Assembly: GCA_946965045.2 (NCBI GenBank)
Contig: OX337237.1
Span: 2,542,001-2,606,000, forward strand
Length of the DNA stretch: 64,000 nt
DNA from: Epithemia pelagica
Taxonomy: Eukaryota; Protista; Bacillariophyta
Direction of reading: 5' to 3'
The notes beneath the pieces are model-generated. The model saw only the letters and a program-made list of their open reading frames with translations. It was not told the DNA's origin and ran no database searches. Position numbers and translations under genes: made by a program. Numbering within the stretch: the first letter of the stretch is position 1; each line of letters begins with the position of its first letter. This document shows, in pieces, positions 52,283-64,000 of this stretch.

Positions 52283-53836
52283 TTACTCTTCGTCTTTTTG
52301 AACAACGTCTTGGCCATAGTACATTGTGAGTGTTTTGAGCTTGCCACACAAATAGTTTTGTTCTAGTTCAATCTCCTCGAAACCTGCAGTCCATGCAGAT
52401 TGTGCCAACGTCATTCCATTGGTGTTTCGAGGTAGGAACATGGCAAGTTTGCCCTGGCACTGTTCTGAGGCAATCGGCAATGCCTTTTGCGCCAGCTCGA
52501 GAAGATCCTGACCATTGACCAGTGCCTTGGCATCCGATGCATCGTTTTTGCCTTCCTCTTCGCCCTGTGAGCATAGACGAATACTTTGTAAATGAAACTC
52601 TCCGGCCAACTCATAATCCACTCCACCCCACGGAGGGCTCAAGAAGATCACATCCACTGTTGGGGGCAGCAAATCCATACCTCCCATGCGATACGTGGAA
52701 AGAGAATTCATTTTTGATTCGTTGTGACCAGATTCTGGTTTTGCATCCACTAGAGGCTCTTGCACCAATGAGCCATTTTTGTATTTCTTTAATACCGAAC
52801 AAGCATTTCCGTGAACAAAGACAACCTTTTCGAGTGGAATCTTGTAGACACGACAGTTGGAGGCAGCCATGTCGAGTCGACTTCGATCCGTGTCTACACA
52901 TACCACAAGGGAAACTTCAGGACGACGTGCAAAGGCAATGGCGTTTGCTCCCATTCCGACAAAGGCATCAAGCACTACGACTGGACGTGCAGCTTTTCCG
53001 TTGTCGTCTGTCCTGGTCGTCGCTGATGAATCTGGAATCAAGCGTTGAGCAATGTGATTGGCAATGGCTTCGGGAGTCACGGAGTACCATCCTTCGCGAT
53101 CCAACTGAATTCCATTATCAAATAGGGAAAAGAATCTCCTTCTTTGTGCCCAGTACTTGTCGGGAACCTCGGATGAGGGATGTGGGTTTACAATGCCATC
53201 TCCACAATCCCCATGAGGCAAATCTGGTCCATGATTCTGGCGACTGTCCAGTTTGACAGTTCCATGACACGACGAATGTTTCCACACACAGACGGTGGGA
53301 GGCTTGCTTTTCGGAGAATGAGAAGGAACACCTTTTTCATTCCTGTTCACCGAATCGGCACGAGACTCGTCGCGTTTTGCAGTTTCATCAGCACCTTCCG
53401 ATTCTTTCTTGCCTTCCACTCGTACATTCAGGCTGTCGGAGGGTTTTGAATCTGTGGAAGGTTGGCCATTGACTTGCAAAGCAGTGTGAGAACCTGTTTC
53501 TTCTTCCTGTTCCTTCTCTTGTGTGGGTGCTGCATCGTCTTTTAAATTTCCAGGACTTTGCTTCGGTATGTCTGACAAGGGTAACGCCTTTACGTCCTCC
53601 GTCACATTCAATGACGCTGCCGAAGAGGGAGCCACACGGTAGTCATCGGTCAATTGGACTCGAGAGATGATCAAGGTGACATCAAATTCCTGCGCCATTT
53701 GAAAGGGCGACGATTCCTCGCACTCTTGAATCCAATACTTGGTCGTTGCCTTCCGCTTCTTTTTGTTCTTCCACCACCATCGATTGTTTCGACCATTCTG
53801 TCGGCCCTTGCGCTTCTTTCCGGACGTGGGTGCCAT
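52283..53836 (-). CDS. TGS1: Trimethylguanosine synthase (intact)
   Basis: [57 protein letters not shown]. Confidence 0.92.
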   Translation of the reverse strand: MAPTSGKKRKGRQNGRNNRWWWKNKKKRKATTKYWIQECEESSPFQMAQEFDVTLIISRVQLTDDYRVAPSSAASLNVTEDVKALPLSDIPKQSPGNLKDDAAPTQEKEQEEETGSHTALQVNGQPSTDSKPSDSLNVRVEGKKESEGADETAKRDESRADSVNRNEKGVPSHSPKSKPPTVCVWKHSSCHGTVKLDSRQNHGPDLPHGDCGDGIVNPHPSSEVPDKYWAQRRRFFSLFDNGIQLDREGWYSVTPEAIANHIAQRLIPDSSATTRTDDNGKAARPVVVLDAFVGMGANAIAFARRPEVSLVVCVDTDRSRLDMAASNCRVYKIPLEKVVFVHGNACSVLKKYKNGSLVQEPLVDAKPESGHNESKMNSLSTYRMGGMDLLPPTVDVIFLSPPWGGVDYELAGEFHLQSIRLCSQGEEEGKNDASDAKALVNGQDLLELAQKALPIASEQCQGKLAMFLPRNTNGMTLAQSAWTAGFEEIELEQNYLCGKLKTLTMYYGQDVVQKDEE

Positions 53837-54732
53837 GGTCGGATCTGATGCGTTCAAAAGACTGTAAGATCGCCCATGGTCAAGAAATCCAAACCTGCAG
53901 AATCCTTTTCTTTCCATCTCAGTCACACACGCTGGAGAGTTCGGCCTTTACGGGCGCACGCCAGGCGGCTCTTCTTCAGGACGATTCGGAAGCTAATGGG
54001 TGGAGCGGACGCGCAAGATTTTTCCGTTCGGAGGAAAACTTGTCTTTCACGCGCTAACTCTCCATCTGGATCACGTGCTCACAATTAAATCCAGCTACAC
54101 CTGTGGAATAATTAGGGAGGATTTTCGCTAACTGGATATATTGATGAGAGCAGGCACGGCCATTTTATTTGGATTCGCACGTATTACACGCTGTAAGTAT
54201 CTGTCGGCAATTATTGACCAGACCGTGCAGGCGTATTCGGAGAGACACAGCTTGGGGCCACTTTTTGCGATTCAACGCCATGGCTCTGTTCTAAATCTGG
54301 ATGAACTGTGGACTCCATCCTTCAACCATCGGGTTAAAACAGGAAACTTGAAAAGGTATTCTTCAGAGATATTTGTCGCGTCCTTGCTTCTTGTTGTCAA
54401 TCTGAGAGCTCGCAAGAACTGTCAAACGAGAAGGGATCCATGTAACTAGAGACTAGAGCGAGAAACCATGAAGCGAAAACAGCAATTCCGAATGCACGTT
54501 CAAAATCTGCTAGTGGTGGGTCATCACGGGGCTCCTCTTCCCCCGTCGCTGTGGAAACAAACATGAAGGACAAATAGGAACAGGCAAGCGTCTCTCAAGA
54601 CTCTTCCAAACGGGGTCCAGGAGCTCACCATCACCCGATGATCAAATAAAAAAGCAGGAGGAAGTATCCAATACCACCCCTCAATAATCTCCCAGCGTAA
54701 CGTTACGGAACTCGCCATCACCGGTCAATGTT

Positions 54733-55506
54733 GTGACAGACTTGAAAATAGGAAAACAGGAATCCTCCAAAAAGGTTTCATCTTCCAGTCAGGCGTCACG
54801 ACGATCGACTTCCCCCAAACGACAACAGCGACGGGCTGTATCGGCCCCTCGAGCATCGCAAGCCGGTAGCCTTCGGAGTTCTTCCCCCATTAATGTTGTC
54901 ACCATGCAGACGAGCAACTCTCGAGAATCGAAAAGGAATAACAAGTTACGGACGTCGTCGCCCATTCGCTTGCGTCCATGGAGAGGTGGAAGACGTGGAT
55001 CTGACGGAGGCAGGAACAGGAGTTTTAGTTCCTCTCGACGATCTCCTGCGAAAGATATTGATGTGGAGGATGAACAAAAGACAAAGGAGATAACCGAAAA
55101 CGACAGTTCAGCCGAGAAGCAAAGCAATGGGTCGGATACGACTGAACCAATGAAAACTCCAAGAGATAAGAGCAGCAATGGTACAAAGAAGCAACCCATA
55201 CGAGCACCTATTGAGAAATCTTCTCCTCCTCCATCAACAAAAGCGAACGAGAAGTCTGAACCGAAAGTGCTTGTCAAACCCCAGCATCCCACTATTCAGC
55301 TAACAGATGAAGAGAGTTTGTTATCAGATCTATCGGGAGGGTCATTTGATTTGTCTCGTTATCTTGCAAACAAGGATGGTAGTGATCGATCGACAGCGAG
55401 ACCTGTTCTCGCCCTAACGACTACACCAAGAGCATCCAATTCCGTCCATACTCGAGGCATTGTTTTTCCAATGGGTCCTCCACCAGTGAAAAAGTCCAGT
55501 CAATGA
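54733..55506 (+). CDS. Hypothetical Ser/Arg/Lys-rich low-complexity protein (possibly one gene with the next ORF)
   Basis: Open 257 codons, no recognisable domain; the listed start is GTG and the first ATG is at 54904. Confidence 0.4.
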   Translation: MTDLKIGKQESSKKVSSSSQASRRSTSPKRQQRRAVSAPRASQAGSLRSSSPINVVTMQTSNSRESKRNNKLRTSSPIRLRPWRGGRRGSDGGRNRSFSSSRRSPAKDIDVEDEQKTKEITENDSSAEKQSNGSDTTEPMKTPRDKSSNGTKKQPIRAPIEKSSPPPSTKANEKSEPKVLVKPQHPTIQLTDEESLLSDLSGGSFDLSRYLANKDGSDRSTARPVLALTTTPRASNSVHTRGIVFPMGPPPVKKSSQ

Positions 55507-56084
55507 CAAGCTTCAATGACAATTCTACTGCCGGTGATACAACCAAACTTATGCAAGGACATTTGTCAAGACAGATAAATGAATTTCGGGATGGTATAGA
55601 CATAGCACTCAAAGACACTGTGGACAGCATTTATGGCGCTTTTCAGTGGACCGGAAAGCTTGCATACGGAATTGTAGCATTTCCATGCACAGTGACCAGC
55701 GCACTACGTGACGCTGACTGTTGTGCCAATCCTTCCTCAACCAACTCCACCGAGAAGATATTAACTGAAACAGTACCTTCCGAAAAGGCAGTGGAACAAA
55801 ACGAGGACAGTCCGGAGGTGGAGGAAACCAACAAAAATGAAGACGTGGTGAAAGAGGCCACAGTAGAGAAGGAAGCAAAAGGTAAAGAAGAGAAACGGAC
55901 GCCAGTCTCCAAAGGGAGCGTTCAAGGATCGGTAGTGTCGAAACGGCGCAACAAGCAAGGTGAGGCCATCAGTACAAAAAAGTTAATGGCAGAACCAAGG
56001 AAGCTCAAGACAGAACCGTCGAAAAAATTGCCCAAAAGAAAGCTGTTTACTCCACGTCGACAACAACACCGTGTCAAGAAATGA
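55503..56084 (+). CDS. Hypothetical protein, Lys/Glu-rich C-terminus
   Basis: 193-aa ORF; its frame is open upstream to 55386. Confidence 0.45.
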   Translation: MTSFNDNSTAGDTTKLMQGHLSRQINEFRDGIDIALKDTVDSIYGAFQWTGKLAYGIVAFPCTVTSALRDADCCANPSSTNSTEKILTETVPSEKAVEQNEDSPEVEETNKNEDVVKEATVEKEAKGKEEKRTPVSKGSVQGSVVSKRRNKQGEAISTKKLMAEPRKLKTEPSKKLPKRKLFTPRRQQHRVKK

Positions 56085-56201
56085 ATCCACCCGGAGAATG
56101 TAACTTGACCATTACTCATAATCAGCATCAAGCAAACTGAGGGACCGAACTACCGAGCAAAGAAATAAAAAGTACTTTCTCGTCGCTTCTTATCCAGTTT
56201 G

Positions 56202-57380
56202 CTATCGCAACGTTAAATAATTTACTTGGGATGTACCATCGTACTTTGTATTTGTCTCTACTATCTGGTAGTCAGATTGTTCGATCAAGGCAATTGCGGT
56301 TTTGAGCCTTTAGCATTATCGAAAATGGACAGAATTCGTTGTTAGAACCTTGTCAACCCGAATCATATGATCCTCTACAAATGTGTGAAAACTTACAAAA
56401 AGTTGTTGGTTACTGCAGCCCCTTCTCTCTGTAGAGCTTGGCAGCCCCAGAGTGTGCAGGGAGATGTCAAGCTAAGAGAGAATTTACGTTGTTGCGACTT
56501 TCCCGAATCTAAGATTGAAGCGTTTCCATCAAAGGCATATCCGTTGAGGACAAAGAGAGCGACAAGTTGTTTCAGAGCCGCCAAGAGTTGTTGTGAGCTT
56601 GGTAGGCTCGTTTCAAATTTTGGAATGGCACTCGGAGATTCGGCAAACAGTTCAGTAAGTTGATTGAAGATACGAGTACCTACTCGTTTCGAATGTTCCA
56701 CTGGTAACATGGCATTTGTTAGACTGGGATCGCGTCGAATCACAGTATCGACAAACTTTTGTGGTTCTCCGTCTGGAACTTCGACAGGTTGTTTCTCGAC
56801 AAACACAAAGGGAGGATCTTGGATTATCTCCCTCGAAACAGCCGTGTACTGTGCAAAACTGATAAAGTCAAACTGAAACGACGCAGTAGGACAAGTTAGT
56901 TGATCGGAATTCATTTTGTTTCCGACCCATTGGCATTTTGTAAGGACATGCGACAAACAATTCAGTACCACGCACATAATAGGGATTTGAAAGATCGCCC
57001 TGTTGAACAAATCCAGGACCAAGCTGTTCAACGTAGGGTTCATATTCCGCCTGTCGAATCAGGAAAAAATCTCGTTGAAATTGATCCATAGCCACACAGT
57101 CCAGTTCGTCCAAGACGCTGTATGAGGTCCGCATCAAGAGAACGGCAAAGTCTAGATTCAATTGCGGCCTCAGAATTTTGAGAGGTTTGGAACGTGTGGC
57201 TCGCTTCACTCGAGCATTAAAGTTTTGTGCTTCCTCCATAGTGATGGGAGCTGCCGCGACTTCAACGGATCGCTTTTGATGCCCTGAGGGAGCATTTTGG
57301 CGTGGTTCTGAAACAAAGAATCCTGTGGTAAAGTGGACAGCTCCAACTGCCAGTATTCCTTGAAAATACAGTTTCCTCAT
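56202..57380 (-). CDS. Conserved cyanobacterial/algal-type hypothetical protein, plastid-targeted; exons 57380-56976, 56872-56397, 56307-56202
   Basis: FAVLLMRTSYSVLDELD...QGDLSNPYY|FDFISFAQY splices in frame; presequence ...HFTTG-FFV. Confidence 0.75.
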
Positions 57381-58700
57381 GGTCGACGAGCCATCATTCA
57401 AGAAAAATATGAAACTCCGATTGCGGGGGTACCTCCCGTCTGCTGTCCATACGGTTATTCTTAAATTTTCCTAAAAAATGTTAAAATTATTTCTGTCAAA
57501 TTTCTTTCGATTTAGCACATTATTATAACGTCCAAGCCAACTGTAATAACTGGCTTCGCCCAATTATGTAGCCGCTTCCGCTCATGCATGACCGTGAGCC
57601 GTGAGACTTGACGAGACATGGACAAAGAAATCTACAAGCCCATTTTGTACTCAATAGTCTATTGTTTGAGAAGCGAGTACTCTTTACGCAGTAGTGGATC
57701 TAGCTTCACGGAATCATCACACACACACACACACCAAACCATGAAATACACACACATGGTGCAATGCACCTCTAGAGGAGTATCAAAACAAGCTCCTGGC
57801 ACTTTGTCTATGGGAAAGATAAAAGCATAGTCCTCTACTAATTCAGGCTTCCTGCTTCCTGGGCTTACATACCCCATGATGACGCTGTCAACCAGTGCAC
57901 TGGTTGATTGTTCATTGCACTGGTGGATTGTGATGTTTCATGTTGTCATCCTTCCTTTGATGCATTCCACCTTCACTTGTGATCTAGGTGGATGGTTTTG
58001 ACCATAGAGTTGTCACTTTGGTCGTTCGTCCGGCTGGGTGGTTTTCTTTTGGTTTTTGGTGTGCTCACTGCTCATGGTCGTCTTTTGTGGTGTTGCTCGA
58101 AAAGTGAGACGATTCTTGGCCCCATGTGAAAGCAATACAAGGCGTGACCGGCGCGTCGATTTCGAGCGATCGAAGGGAGGCTGGCGATATCACCCGGCTG
58201 GCGCTTTGGGAAAAAATACGAGACAATTTTTTTCCATTCGGATGACGGACGAACAAAGGTACAATACCCCCCCAATCGCACCCTTCTGTTCCAATGTGAC
58301 GTCAGTGGAACTTACTTTCTGCGACTCAACCGCTGTTAGTGCTTCTTTGGTTTTTTCGGGTTTTCCGGGTAGCCGTCCAGCACAAAACCAGGAAGACCAT
58401 GATCGCTGAGCATCCCGTTGTACCATCCTCCCATCTGCCATCATCTTGGCTCCGGGATGATAATATTGACGATGGAAATTGCACTGTTACCAGTGCAGCA
58501 CAGACCGTTCGACAGTCAAATGTTAGTCCCCATCTCAAACAAAAGGTACGTCTTTTCCTTCCCAACATTCCCTGTCACGCTGTAGAACGACGGGTAGAAA
58601 ATTCACTTTTGCTGTATGAAACCACAAAACGATTTGAGTTCTTACTTGTTCATTTATTCCCATTGATAACTTATTTTGATATCTTCTCAACATTCCAACG

Positions 58701-59253
58701 ATGGACGCTACCCAACAGTTGGACGAAGGTAAGTTGATACTTTGTTTGCTTGTGGACAACGTGATCCAGTCCTGCTTGCAAGTGGATACTAACACTTGTC
58801 GCTTCTCTTCCTTTCTCGCAGCAAGCGAACTGCTTGTGTCGTTTCTAATTTTTTACAGTGAACAACATGAATGAAGCCACGACGATGGTAAATTATTGGA
58901 TCATTCAGGCGCGACGTGGTACTCCTTATGCCACCATCCAGACATGGATTCTGCAAACTCTTGATGGTGCTGAGGACACTCGGCCCGGAGAGTTCGTAAG
59001 CAACGATAGTACTAATGAAAGTACTGGAGGTGAGATGGCCTGGATTTCCGGGGAGTATGCTCCAGTTTTACGAGAAAAGATTCAAAGCTTGGAGTTGAAT
59101 CAACTTCCCGGTTTACTTAGGCTTGTCATGGAACGCTTGGAGGAGCGAGAAGACGAACCATCATCTCAGCCAGCATCGCTGCAGGTGGAGACGCAGCCCA
59201 ATCCTAATGACGACGACCTCTCGTCGCTGTCCAACCGAACGGGGGGCAACTAA
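58701..59253 (+). CDS. Small hypothetical protein, 2 exons (58701-58728, 58859-59253)
   Basis: The G|GTAAGT donor and TTTTACAG acceptor join in frame: MDATQQLDEVNNMNE... Confidence 0.45.
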
Positions 59254-59898
59254 GTAGTTGGTGTTGGTTGGGCTGATGAGCACAGTACAAACATGTTCCA
59301 CAACAGCACATGGCATTCGGGATTCCACTAGAGTTCGCAGCAAGAAAAAAAAATAAACAGAGCCCATAGAAACCCAAAGAGCACTTTTCTACTGGACAAG
59401 AAGAGAAACATGCAAAGCGTTCGATACAGTGCCCTTTCAGAAGTGGCGGAGCTTTGGGACTAACGTTCATGTTACGGTCATGGCAAAATGACATCACTGA
59501 TCGTATCCGTTTCCGTTGCATGAAGATGGTATTGACATTTCTTACCAGATATTTGTCCCATGTTTTGAAACTAGAAGTCTTCCCGGCTGCCCGACCATTG
59601 GTCCTCTAGCTAGAGAGGAGTAGGAGGGTGACGCAGGGGTCTCGTTGCTTCTTATTCGAAGTCGTCTCCGAGCTCCAAGGTCATGCGAAAGCAATTAAAA
59701 AAGATTTCACTCTCATTGACATAACCCTATCTTTGTTTAAAACCAGTACTGTACACATCGTTCTCTTTTTTCATTCATCACGGTCGACTGTGATCATCTG
59801 ACTGGTTGCAATATCCTCTACATCACTATGAATGAAACATCTCCGTTGAGAGTCCACCCCACAAACCATTCTGTTTCCTACTCTCATCCCTTTTTGTT

Positions 59899-61572
59899 TT
59901 AGAGCTCTGGTCCAGATTCCAAAGCACCAATACTCTCGAGAAATTCCACCACGGGAGAGTCGCTTCCGTGTTCTTGTTTGGCCCACCAAAGCGAGGTCCC
60001 ACCTCTAGAACCAGTGGTAATGTTCGGGTCAGCACCATTCTCAATCAAGTATTTGATTGCTTCCAAATGCCCACCACGAGTTGCTTCATGCAAGGGAGTC
60101 CAGCCGTTCACGTCCTGCTTGTTGACAACCTTTTTGTCCTTGCCGACATGCCTCTTGAGGGCATCCACGTCCCCTTCTTGAGCGGCTTTGTGTGCGTCGG
60201 TGGATCCCGTGGTAAAGGAAGTCTTGCGATGTTGTGTCGATGCAAAGCCTTCCGGATGACTCCTCTTCCAGCGCGAGGCTTCCGGTGAGTTTTCCACAAT
60301 GTAAGGAGGCAGTCCGTTGTTTGCATGCTCATGACCGGCTTGTAAGTTCGCAAAAGAGTCACGATAGGCCTGGTCAACATCGTGTTCGGCATCCAGTCCC
60401 ATATTGTGACGCAGTGAATGCCCCGTTGGTTCAAAGTGAATAAAGATATTGGCCATGTAACGGCCCTTGAGAGGGAAGGGACGACCGTGTAGAACGGAAT
60501 GGCTTTCGTACAAAACCATATCACCAGGCTCCATCGTGACATTGTACGCTTTCCCATCATGACCAATCACTTCCAGTGGCCATGGTTCATCGACATCTTG
60601 AGCAACATTGAGAATGGCCGAGGAAACGAGGGGCATGCGATCTACATGAGTGGCCAAAATAGCGCCTGGTCCATAAATTCGAACACCATAGAGACTGCAT
60701 TGCGTCAATTCCTGACCAGTCCATGCTCCAATTGTGTCACGAGCGGCAGTCCAAATTTCTTGCTTCAATCGAGAACCACCACCACGCAACTTTCGATCTT
60801 CTACCGAAACCATGTAGGTGGGAGATTCCCAATTGTTTCTGTAGTCCAGAGAATGTCTGCGTAAGAAAAAGCACCCAAACAATGTCGCAAAACCAGACAT
60901 TTCCATCCTCTCTTTGAAGAGTTCGGATAGGATACCGATCCACTACTACTTACGTGTAGGTGTTCCCAACGCCCCATTGTTCCAGTTGTCGGTTGTCCTT
61001 ATTGGCATCCCAAAATTCTTTGACCAATTTCCACACTTTTTCCGGTGCACGAATCTTTTTGAATCCAAGATGAGTGTAATTCTAAAATCAAAACATCCAA
61101 TCCACATTCCGTGAGGGCCGCCCATTTCCATTGCGCACAACAAGGATTTCGCGCAAAGAATATAAATCTCTCACACTGAGGTCGATCGTACCTGCATACT
61201 TTGCGGTTGTCGAAGGGACATGGCAACCCGGTCACGTTCTGTCGACCAGCATCGACCCGTCTGTTTGCCTTTTTTGGCATAATGATTTTCACAGCCTTCC
61301 ATAAAGGCGTCGTAAAAGGCTTGTCGGTCTCCCAACGGTTGCACCGCCATGTCTCTATACTCGCGAGGAACCGAAAGGGATCGATCGCGATTGTGAGGCA
61401 ACCATTCGAAATTGGTAGACACTTTGCTGTAATGCATGGGAAAGGAGACATCCACTCCATATTCGAGACGAGGATGCGGTTCGTGATGGCCATGGTCCTC
61501 CTCGGTCGACCCGAGAGCATCGGACAATTTTCCAAACAAAAGAAACAATGAAAAGAGCGTCTTGAAAGCCAT
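59899..61572 (-). CDS. Secretory 2OG-Fe(II) oxygenase (P4H-like fold) + ankyrin repeats, paralog A; exons 61572-61192, 61081-60954, 60838-59899
   Basis: Signal peptide; ATHVDR...SVLHGR (HxD...H triad); ankyrin GWTPLHEATRGGHLEAIKYLIENGAD; ends GPEL*. Confidence 0.85.
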
Positions 61573-62134
61573 CCTTGCGTTTCTTTGACCTAGAACCTTG
61601 CCGTTCTCAATCAATGCGACAGTGAAGTGTCTTTGATGTCTATAGAGAACGACTACAACCCCAAACCAACACAGTCAACAACGCAAAAGACAAAAGACTG
61701 CAAACGTTGGGAACAAAAGCGCAAGACCAGGAGGGCCGTTCGTGATTCGTGCGAGGAATGACCAGTTTTTTCCTCCAGATTTATGCCAGTGCGACGTTAG
61801 GCGATGAGGCAATTGTAAGAAGTGCAGCGACATAATTTTTTGTAATTGCCCTGACTGAAACAATGCCTTTTATGCAATTGCCTCAACACTACCGCCCGAC
61901 CGACCTTCTCATTGAGGACTGCTGGGTTCGCATTTGCGGTCCGTCATTTTTCCTTGTTTGGGCATGTGGAATGTGGAAGCTGGAATGACAGTGACGGTTG
62001 ACGAAAAGCGGACCAATGGCTCTGTGGTACGCTAAAGAACTGTAAGCTTTGCATCTACCTAGTCTAGGTAGACATGTTAAAAGTATAAAACACTTGCTCC
62101 TGTTGATTGTGTATATATGGTCCCCTCATTTCGA

Positions 62135-64000
62135 CTAGAGTTCTGCGGGGGAGGGTTCAAACATTTTGGCATTGTAGTCCTTCAAGACACGGACCAGGGC
62201 TTCGTAATCGAGCGATTTTCCCCGAGGATGATATTCATTGACGTAGTACAAGGGCGATCCTCCATCTGCCTTGGCTCCCGTTCGGGCATTGGCATCGGCC
62301 CCCCGATCCAACAAGAGTCGGACCACTTGGACATCGCCCAACCGTACCGCTTCATGGAGTGGCGTCCATCCATTGACATCTCGCACATTGACCAGACTAC
62401 TGTCCTTTTCCAAAATGGCTTCCAATTGCTTCAGTTCTCCTTGACCCGCCAATCGGTGGGCTTCGGTAGACCCCGTTTCAAAGTGATTCCCCGACATGAG
62501 TTTGTGTCCATAGGGATGATCGGCCCTCCAAATACTTTCGGCCGGGCTTCCCGGAAGGAGGTAGGGAGGCAAATCTCCATCGTACTTGATTTGACCATGC
62601 ACTGGGCCAATGGGTTCAAAATGAATAAAGATATTGGCCATGAATCGTCCCTTCAAGGGAAATGGCCGACCGTGCAAGACGGAATGACTCTCGTACAAGA
62701 CCATGTCACCTGGAAGCATCGTCACATTGTGGGCCTTACCATCGTGACCAATCACTTCCAACGGCCTGGACATGAAAGAAAAATGACGCATAGTTCATAA
62801 AGGGGGTCAGAGGTGAGGGTCCTTGTCATGTTCCCATTTCTTGATATCTCATTGTATTTTCAACGCACCATGGTTCATCGACGTCTTGATCCACATTGAT
62901 AATAGCCGATGACACTACAAAAGGATAAAAAGCGAGCAGCAGGACCAGAAATAGACAGAGACAAAAAAGGTTGAGAGTGATCGAAACATGCACAACAAGA
63001 ACAAGAACGACCAGACGACGTACCCAGTGGCAATCGGTCCACATGGGTGGCCAAGACGGATCCTTCGTGATAGATTCGTACTCCGTACAAACTGCATTCG
63101 ACGAGTTTTTGGCCCGTCCATTCTTGAATGGTATCCCGAGCGGCATTCCATACGTGTTGTTTCAACACATAACCACCTCCTTCCAATCGGCTATCTTCAA
63201 TCGATACCATGGTCGACGGAGCCTCCCAATGCTACGAAACAACATAAAACGATAAAAACAACCCAGGCAGGATCATTTCCATTCGTCAGAACCAAACATG
63301 GAAAGAACCAATGCACTCAACACTACGAGGCTACCTTTTTACACCACCTCCCATCCGACAGACGAGTCGGGGACGCGTCAACGTTCCACACTTACATTGG
63401 TATAAATATTGGCCTTGGCCCATTGTTCCGGTTGGCCCTTGTCTTTGTTGAGTTCCCAAAATTCTCGAATCAACTGAAAGACATGATCCGGTGCTCGAAT
63501 TTTGGTAAATCCCAGGGTGGTGTAATTCATCATGGATTGCGGTTGTCGCAAGGACATGTCGACTCGTTCTCGTTCATTGGCGGCACATCGACCTTCCGAG
63601 AACTTGTTGTAACACCCTTGCATGTACTGGTTGTGAAACTCTTGTCGATCCCCCAAGGGTTGTACCACCATGTCTTGATAGTCTTCCGGTACGGACGCGG
63701 AAGGATCGGAATGATGGGGCAACCAGGCAAAGTTGGTACTCACATTGCCATGATGCATGGGAAAGGACTGTATACGCAGCACACCATCATCATTACGTCC
63801 AGAAAGGAATACAAAGGTGTGGAGAAATCAGAGCGCGTTCAACACATGAATTAGAGTGGAATGCCACACAAAAAGATGAACAAACCACAGGAGAGTGTCG
63901 TCGTCATCGATACCCCACCACGCTGCACGTACCACATCGACACCATATTCCAATGGCTTGTCTTCTTGTGCCGCCACACCTGCTAGTAGTTGACCCAAGA
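62135..64000 (-). CDS. Secretory 2OG-Fe(II) oxygenase + ankyrin repeats, paralog B; start off-window; introns 63932-63768, 63395-63232, 63023-62915, 62868-62766
   Basis: All four GT-AG introns splice in frame: LEYGVDV|SFPMH, YTN|HWEAP, HVDRLPL|VSSA, DEPW|PLEV; ankyrin GWTPLHEAVRLG; ends PAEL*. Confidence 0.85.

Noticed and set aside
58339-58737. ORF 58339-58737 as an upstream exon of the 58701 gene
   Set aside because: A donor exists at ~58547, but I found no in-frame acceptor that I could support.

Overview
Gene-dense eukaryotic DNA, most consistent with a pennate diatom nuclear genome. The evidence is short GT-AG introns, bipartite signal-peptide+AF/GF plastid presequences, a CoDi-type Ty1/copia element, and diatom-style Kelch, LRR and HSF genes; the organism is inferred, not proven. 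Left end (1-3.1 kb): an intron-containing tyrosine-recombinase gene (Crypton-like, running off the window), a small ORF with tandem SUMO-interacting-like motifs, and a ~210-bp multi-stem hairpin whose loops are CTCCTCGT direct repeats. 3.2-7.3 kb: a decayed tandem duplication and a frameshifted HNH-type gene. 8.8-14.9 kb: an intact, very young Ty1/copia LTR retrotransposon (211-bp LTRs, 1 mismatch, CACAT TSD). Its primer-binding site is a perfect 14-nt complement of a sequence inside its own LTR, which suggests Tf1-like tRNA-independent self-priming; this is the strongest novelty candidate. It also has an extra ORF upstream of gag-pol. The rest is host genes: plastid HAD/Cof hydrolase, two RNI-type LRR proteins, a giant MATE transporter with exon-encoded Trp repeats, an RWDD2/RWDD3-like fusion, two inverted Kelch genes flanking three genes, a histidine phosphatase, ESF1, a divergent HSF, MRS2/CorA, two tandem TGS1 paralogs (one frameshifted) and two tandem secretory 2OG-Fe(II) oxygenase-ankyrin genes. 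No rRNA, tRNA or CRISPR array was found. All family assignments come from motif recognition by eye; no database search was run.
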